Source: Mytilus trossulus (Eukaryota). From it: 64,000 bases of DNA. Both the position numbers and the translations under genes were made by a program. The DNA lies in assembly GCF_036588685.1 (NCBI RefSeq), contig NC_086375.1:4464001-4528000 (forward strand), in the 5' to 3' direction. Below are positions 52,381 through 64,000 of this stretch, one piece after another; the first letter of the stretch is position 1; every line of letters starts with the position of its first letter. Under the pieces are notes generated by a model. The model worked only from the letters and a program-made list of their open reading frames with translations, was not told the origin of the DNA and did no database searches.

Positions 52381-54594
52381 ATTTCTATGCGTTTTTCATG
52401 AAAATAAATGACCTTGAGGTAAATAGATGTGAAACATTACCAAACAAGAATGTGTCCATGGTACACGGATGCCCCATCAGCACTGTCATTTTTCTATGTT
52501 CAATCTTCCATGAAATTGGGGTCAAAACTCTAATTCTGCATAAATGCATAAATATATCTTTGGACGAGAAACAAAAAAAAAAATATTTCATAAATGATTT
52601 TAACTATGATTTACATACATAAAAAAAATCTTAGGTATTTAAAGAAACAAAGTCATCTCAATACATGAATTAACCAATGAACAGTGACAAACAAAAATTA
52701 AAGAATTCATTGTTCAAAATAATGACGATGAAACAAATATGTCATCAATAAATTTCTTTTAATGGTACACAATTCCACACTTCATTTATATAAACAACCA
52801 ATCAAAACACTTCATTTATTCAAACAACCAATCAAAACATTTCATTTAATCAAACAACCAATCATAGCACACTCTAGATATGATCTTATTTCACATTTAT
52901 TATAATGATAGCACTATATACCAAAAACATTTAAAGCTTTCACACATATAGCCTGCTATAAATATGAAATGGAAGACTTTCATGAGCTATAATTATATAA
53001 GATACAATAAATTAAATATCTTTTTACACCTCTACAAAATTCTTGATGTCTTAATGAATAACTATTTGGAATTAATCTTCATTAACAATAGCCTTTCTAA
53101 AAATAAATTGTTAAATTATGTTCTATGAAAACAAAACTATTTGTTCAAATCTCTGGTAAAATTGTATATATAATGATATAAGAATCAGATAAGTTTGATA
53201 TAAAAAATAGTTTTACCATTTTCTTTTCATGCCGTTTTAATTTTTTTTGCGCAAAAATCTTGTTTTGAATATCAGCATGACTGGAAATTGCATATTACAA
53301 AATGTATGCATAGCTTGATTGAAAAGCATGCAAAATACTTCCCCTAGCGAAACAATTTAGTGCTTTCTATAGGATTTTTATTAATTGCCCAATCTTATAG
53401 TACAAAAATGCTCTTTTTTATCACAGATTCTATTTCTTCCCTGCAATGTGAGATAACACTGTTAAAAATCATTTAAATGACATCTAATATCAACTTTACA
53501 AAACTTTAATGCCAAGTGTTAGACAGAAGTAATAGAGATCTGCAACTCTGTAGGAAAAGATGGTCAATTTCAGAGTTAGCGATAATACAAATAATGAATA
53601 ACTAAAAGGGGGAGGTAATGGCAAAAAGACTCTCAAAAACCAAAAGACATTCAAAAACAGACACCACCACTGTCCAATGATATGTGATAACAGGACAAGA
53701 CAAGTCTGAACTTCACAGCAAACCAAAGACTGATCAAAAGACAAACCCCATCAGAAAACAAAGAAGGCCATCAAGAAACAAAACATTTTTACTTGTTTTT
53801 TTCTGAATACTGTGAATTCACTCATTTTCGTGGGTATCAATTTTCGTGGATTATGGAAAACGTACATATTTGAGGATACTTAATTTCGTAAAATTTGCCA
53901 AAGATTACATACAAGTCTACAGGAAATTTCTCACGAAATCAGAGAAAATTGGTATCCAACAAATACTAATAATAACACATTACTTTAACAAGTTACATAC
54001 ATTGTATCATTGTGACAGAAAACAACAACTTCATTCTTAATAACAGCACCTAAATCATATGTACATAAATCCTAAGTATGACAGTCTGTTTTTTACAATA
54101 GTTAATACCAATCTATAAATACTTATGTACATTTATATATATAGTTTTTTTAATTTATATTTACACATTTATATAAAAATATTTTTACATATCACAGATA
54201 TTGATTTTGTTCTGATTACATTTAGAACTACATGTAATAAATTTAATTATAAGGGTTTAAGAAAAAAACAAAGAATGCTACACAGACATTGCACAACTTT
54301 TGATCTGAACCCACTTTGCTAAAATGAAAACAGGAAAATAATGCAAGAAACTAGTTCAAAGAAGACATGAATATAAATGGTGTTCTATTAATGCCTGACA
54401 AATAAGCAACAGTAAACTGACACTGCATGCCCAGTAAAAACTTTATTGCCCAACATGTGTTTTAAAGTAAATGACCATTTTCAACAAAAAATTGCTTAAT
54501 TACAAAATTATCATTGTTTGCATTGTAAAATTATTGAACTTGCATCAGATAATGGATTAACTTTAGTTATATTGCAAGACATGCATTGCATTTG

Positions 54595-54966
54595 AAATTC
54601 TCAGATCCAGACATCCTAGCATTTACATTTGTCAGGAGGTGATGAAATCCGGATTCCTCTAGATTTTTCATCTATTTGAAGGGGATAACTGATTATTTAT
54701 ATTGCCAATTATTTTTTAACCAGAGGTTATAGTATGTTAAAAAATCAAAATGGAGATAGTATATAGTGTCTTTAACAGTATTAAAAGAGTAAAATTACTA
54801 TATTCAACTGGTTATGATATATATCAATTAAATTAATTTGCAATAAGTCTATGGAAAATCTAGAGGAATCTTATCCGCATCACCTATCAACATTGTTTAC
54901 ATAACAAAAATGCTAATCATTGATTGGTCAGTTACATGTTGTGATGTCACTGCAGATCTGAGAATT
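54595..54966. mobile_element. MITE downstream of the HEATR5 stop codon
   Basis: TIR AATTCTCAGATC / GATCTGAGAATT and internal inverted pair GATTCCTCTAGATTTT / AAAATCTAGAGGAATC. Confidence 0.55.
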
Positions 54967-54984
54967 ATCAACTACTGGGTGAAT

Positions 54985-55344
54985 GCTTGAGAAAATATTA
55001 ACCAGAATGCACTAATATCAACTAACTTAACTTCTGTTTATGAAAGCTCGAGAAAATATTACCCAGAATGCACTAATAACAACTAACCTAAACTTCTGTT
55101 TATGAAAGCTTGAGAAAATATTACCCAGAATGCACTTATAACAACTAACCTAAACTTCTGTTTATGAAAGCTTAAGAAAATATTACCCAGAATGCAATAA
55201 TATCAACTAACTTAACTTCTGTTTATGAAAGCTTGAGAAAATATTACCCAGAATGCACTAATAACAACTAACCTAAACTTCTGTTTATGAAAGCTTGAGA
55301 AAATATTACCCAGAATGCACTAATATCAACTAACCTAAACTTCT
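54985..55344. repeat. 61-62-bp minisatellite (6 copies) in the probable HEATR5 3' UTR
   Basis: Units start at 54985, 55046, 55108, 55170, 55231 and 55293. Confidence 0.92.
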
Positions 55345-55427
55345 TTCCATTCTCAATTTTATTCTGTGTAATCAAAAGATGACAATAGCTATCAATGGTA
55401 TACAAATAATGATCTACTGTGTAGTCT

Positions 55428-63815
<8,388 letters not shown>

Positions 63816-64000
63816 TCAAAATTACTATTCATACATAGGGAAAACCTTAAACTTGTAGTATAAAAATAAAATTGAGGATGGAAATTAGGAATATGTCAAA
63901 GAGACAACAACCCGATCATAGAGCAGACAACTGCCGAACACAACCAATAGGTCTTCAATAACCTGCCATGGGTTTTAATATGCCTCTATCTTTTATTATA

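Overview
AT-rich eukaryotic genomic DNA, most likely a bivalve mollusc (Mytilus-like; inferred from the repeat landscape, not verified). By manual splicing (GT-AG, phase-consistent) it holds five genes: the 3' eight exons of ZFYVE1/DFCP1 (+), a complete 7-exon VTI1B (-), a complete 5-exon NSL1/Mis14-like kinetochore gene (-; largely missed by the ORF track), an intronless PHYH (+) head-to-head with NSL1 across about 140 bp, and the 3' eleven exons of HEATR5 (-). Introns and intergenic DNA are packed with mobile DNA: Penelope-like fragments, CR1-type and other LINE fragments, Helitrons, Helentron/pearl-like elements with internal tandem arrays, and Harbinger-, Kolobok- and Tc1-like MITEs. There is also a 9-kb, 35-bp satellite whose two arms face each other. 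The most notable observations are: (i) an 818-bp TSD-flanked Penelope-derived insert carrying an intact-looking minimal type I hammerhead ribozyme inside a ZFYVE1 intron; (ii) tandem duplications straddling splice sites in three different genes, creating arrays of decoy donors or acceptors; (iii) a likely PHYH retrogene that shares the NSL1 promoter; (iv) a roughly 90-nt module with compensatory base changes shared by two retroelement families; and (v) the inverted satellite. No rRNA, tRNA or CRISPR array was seen.
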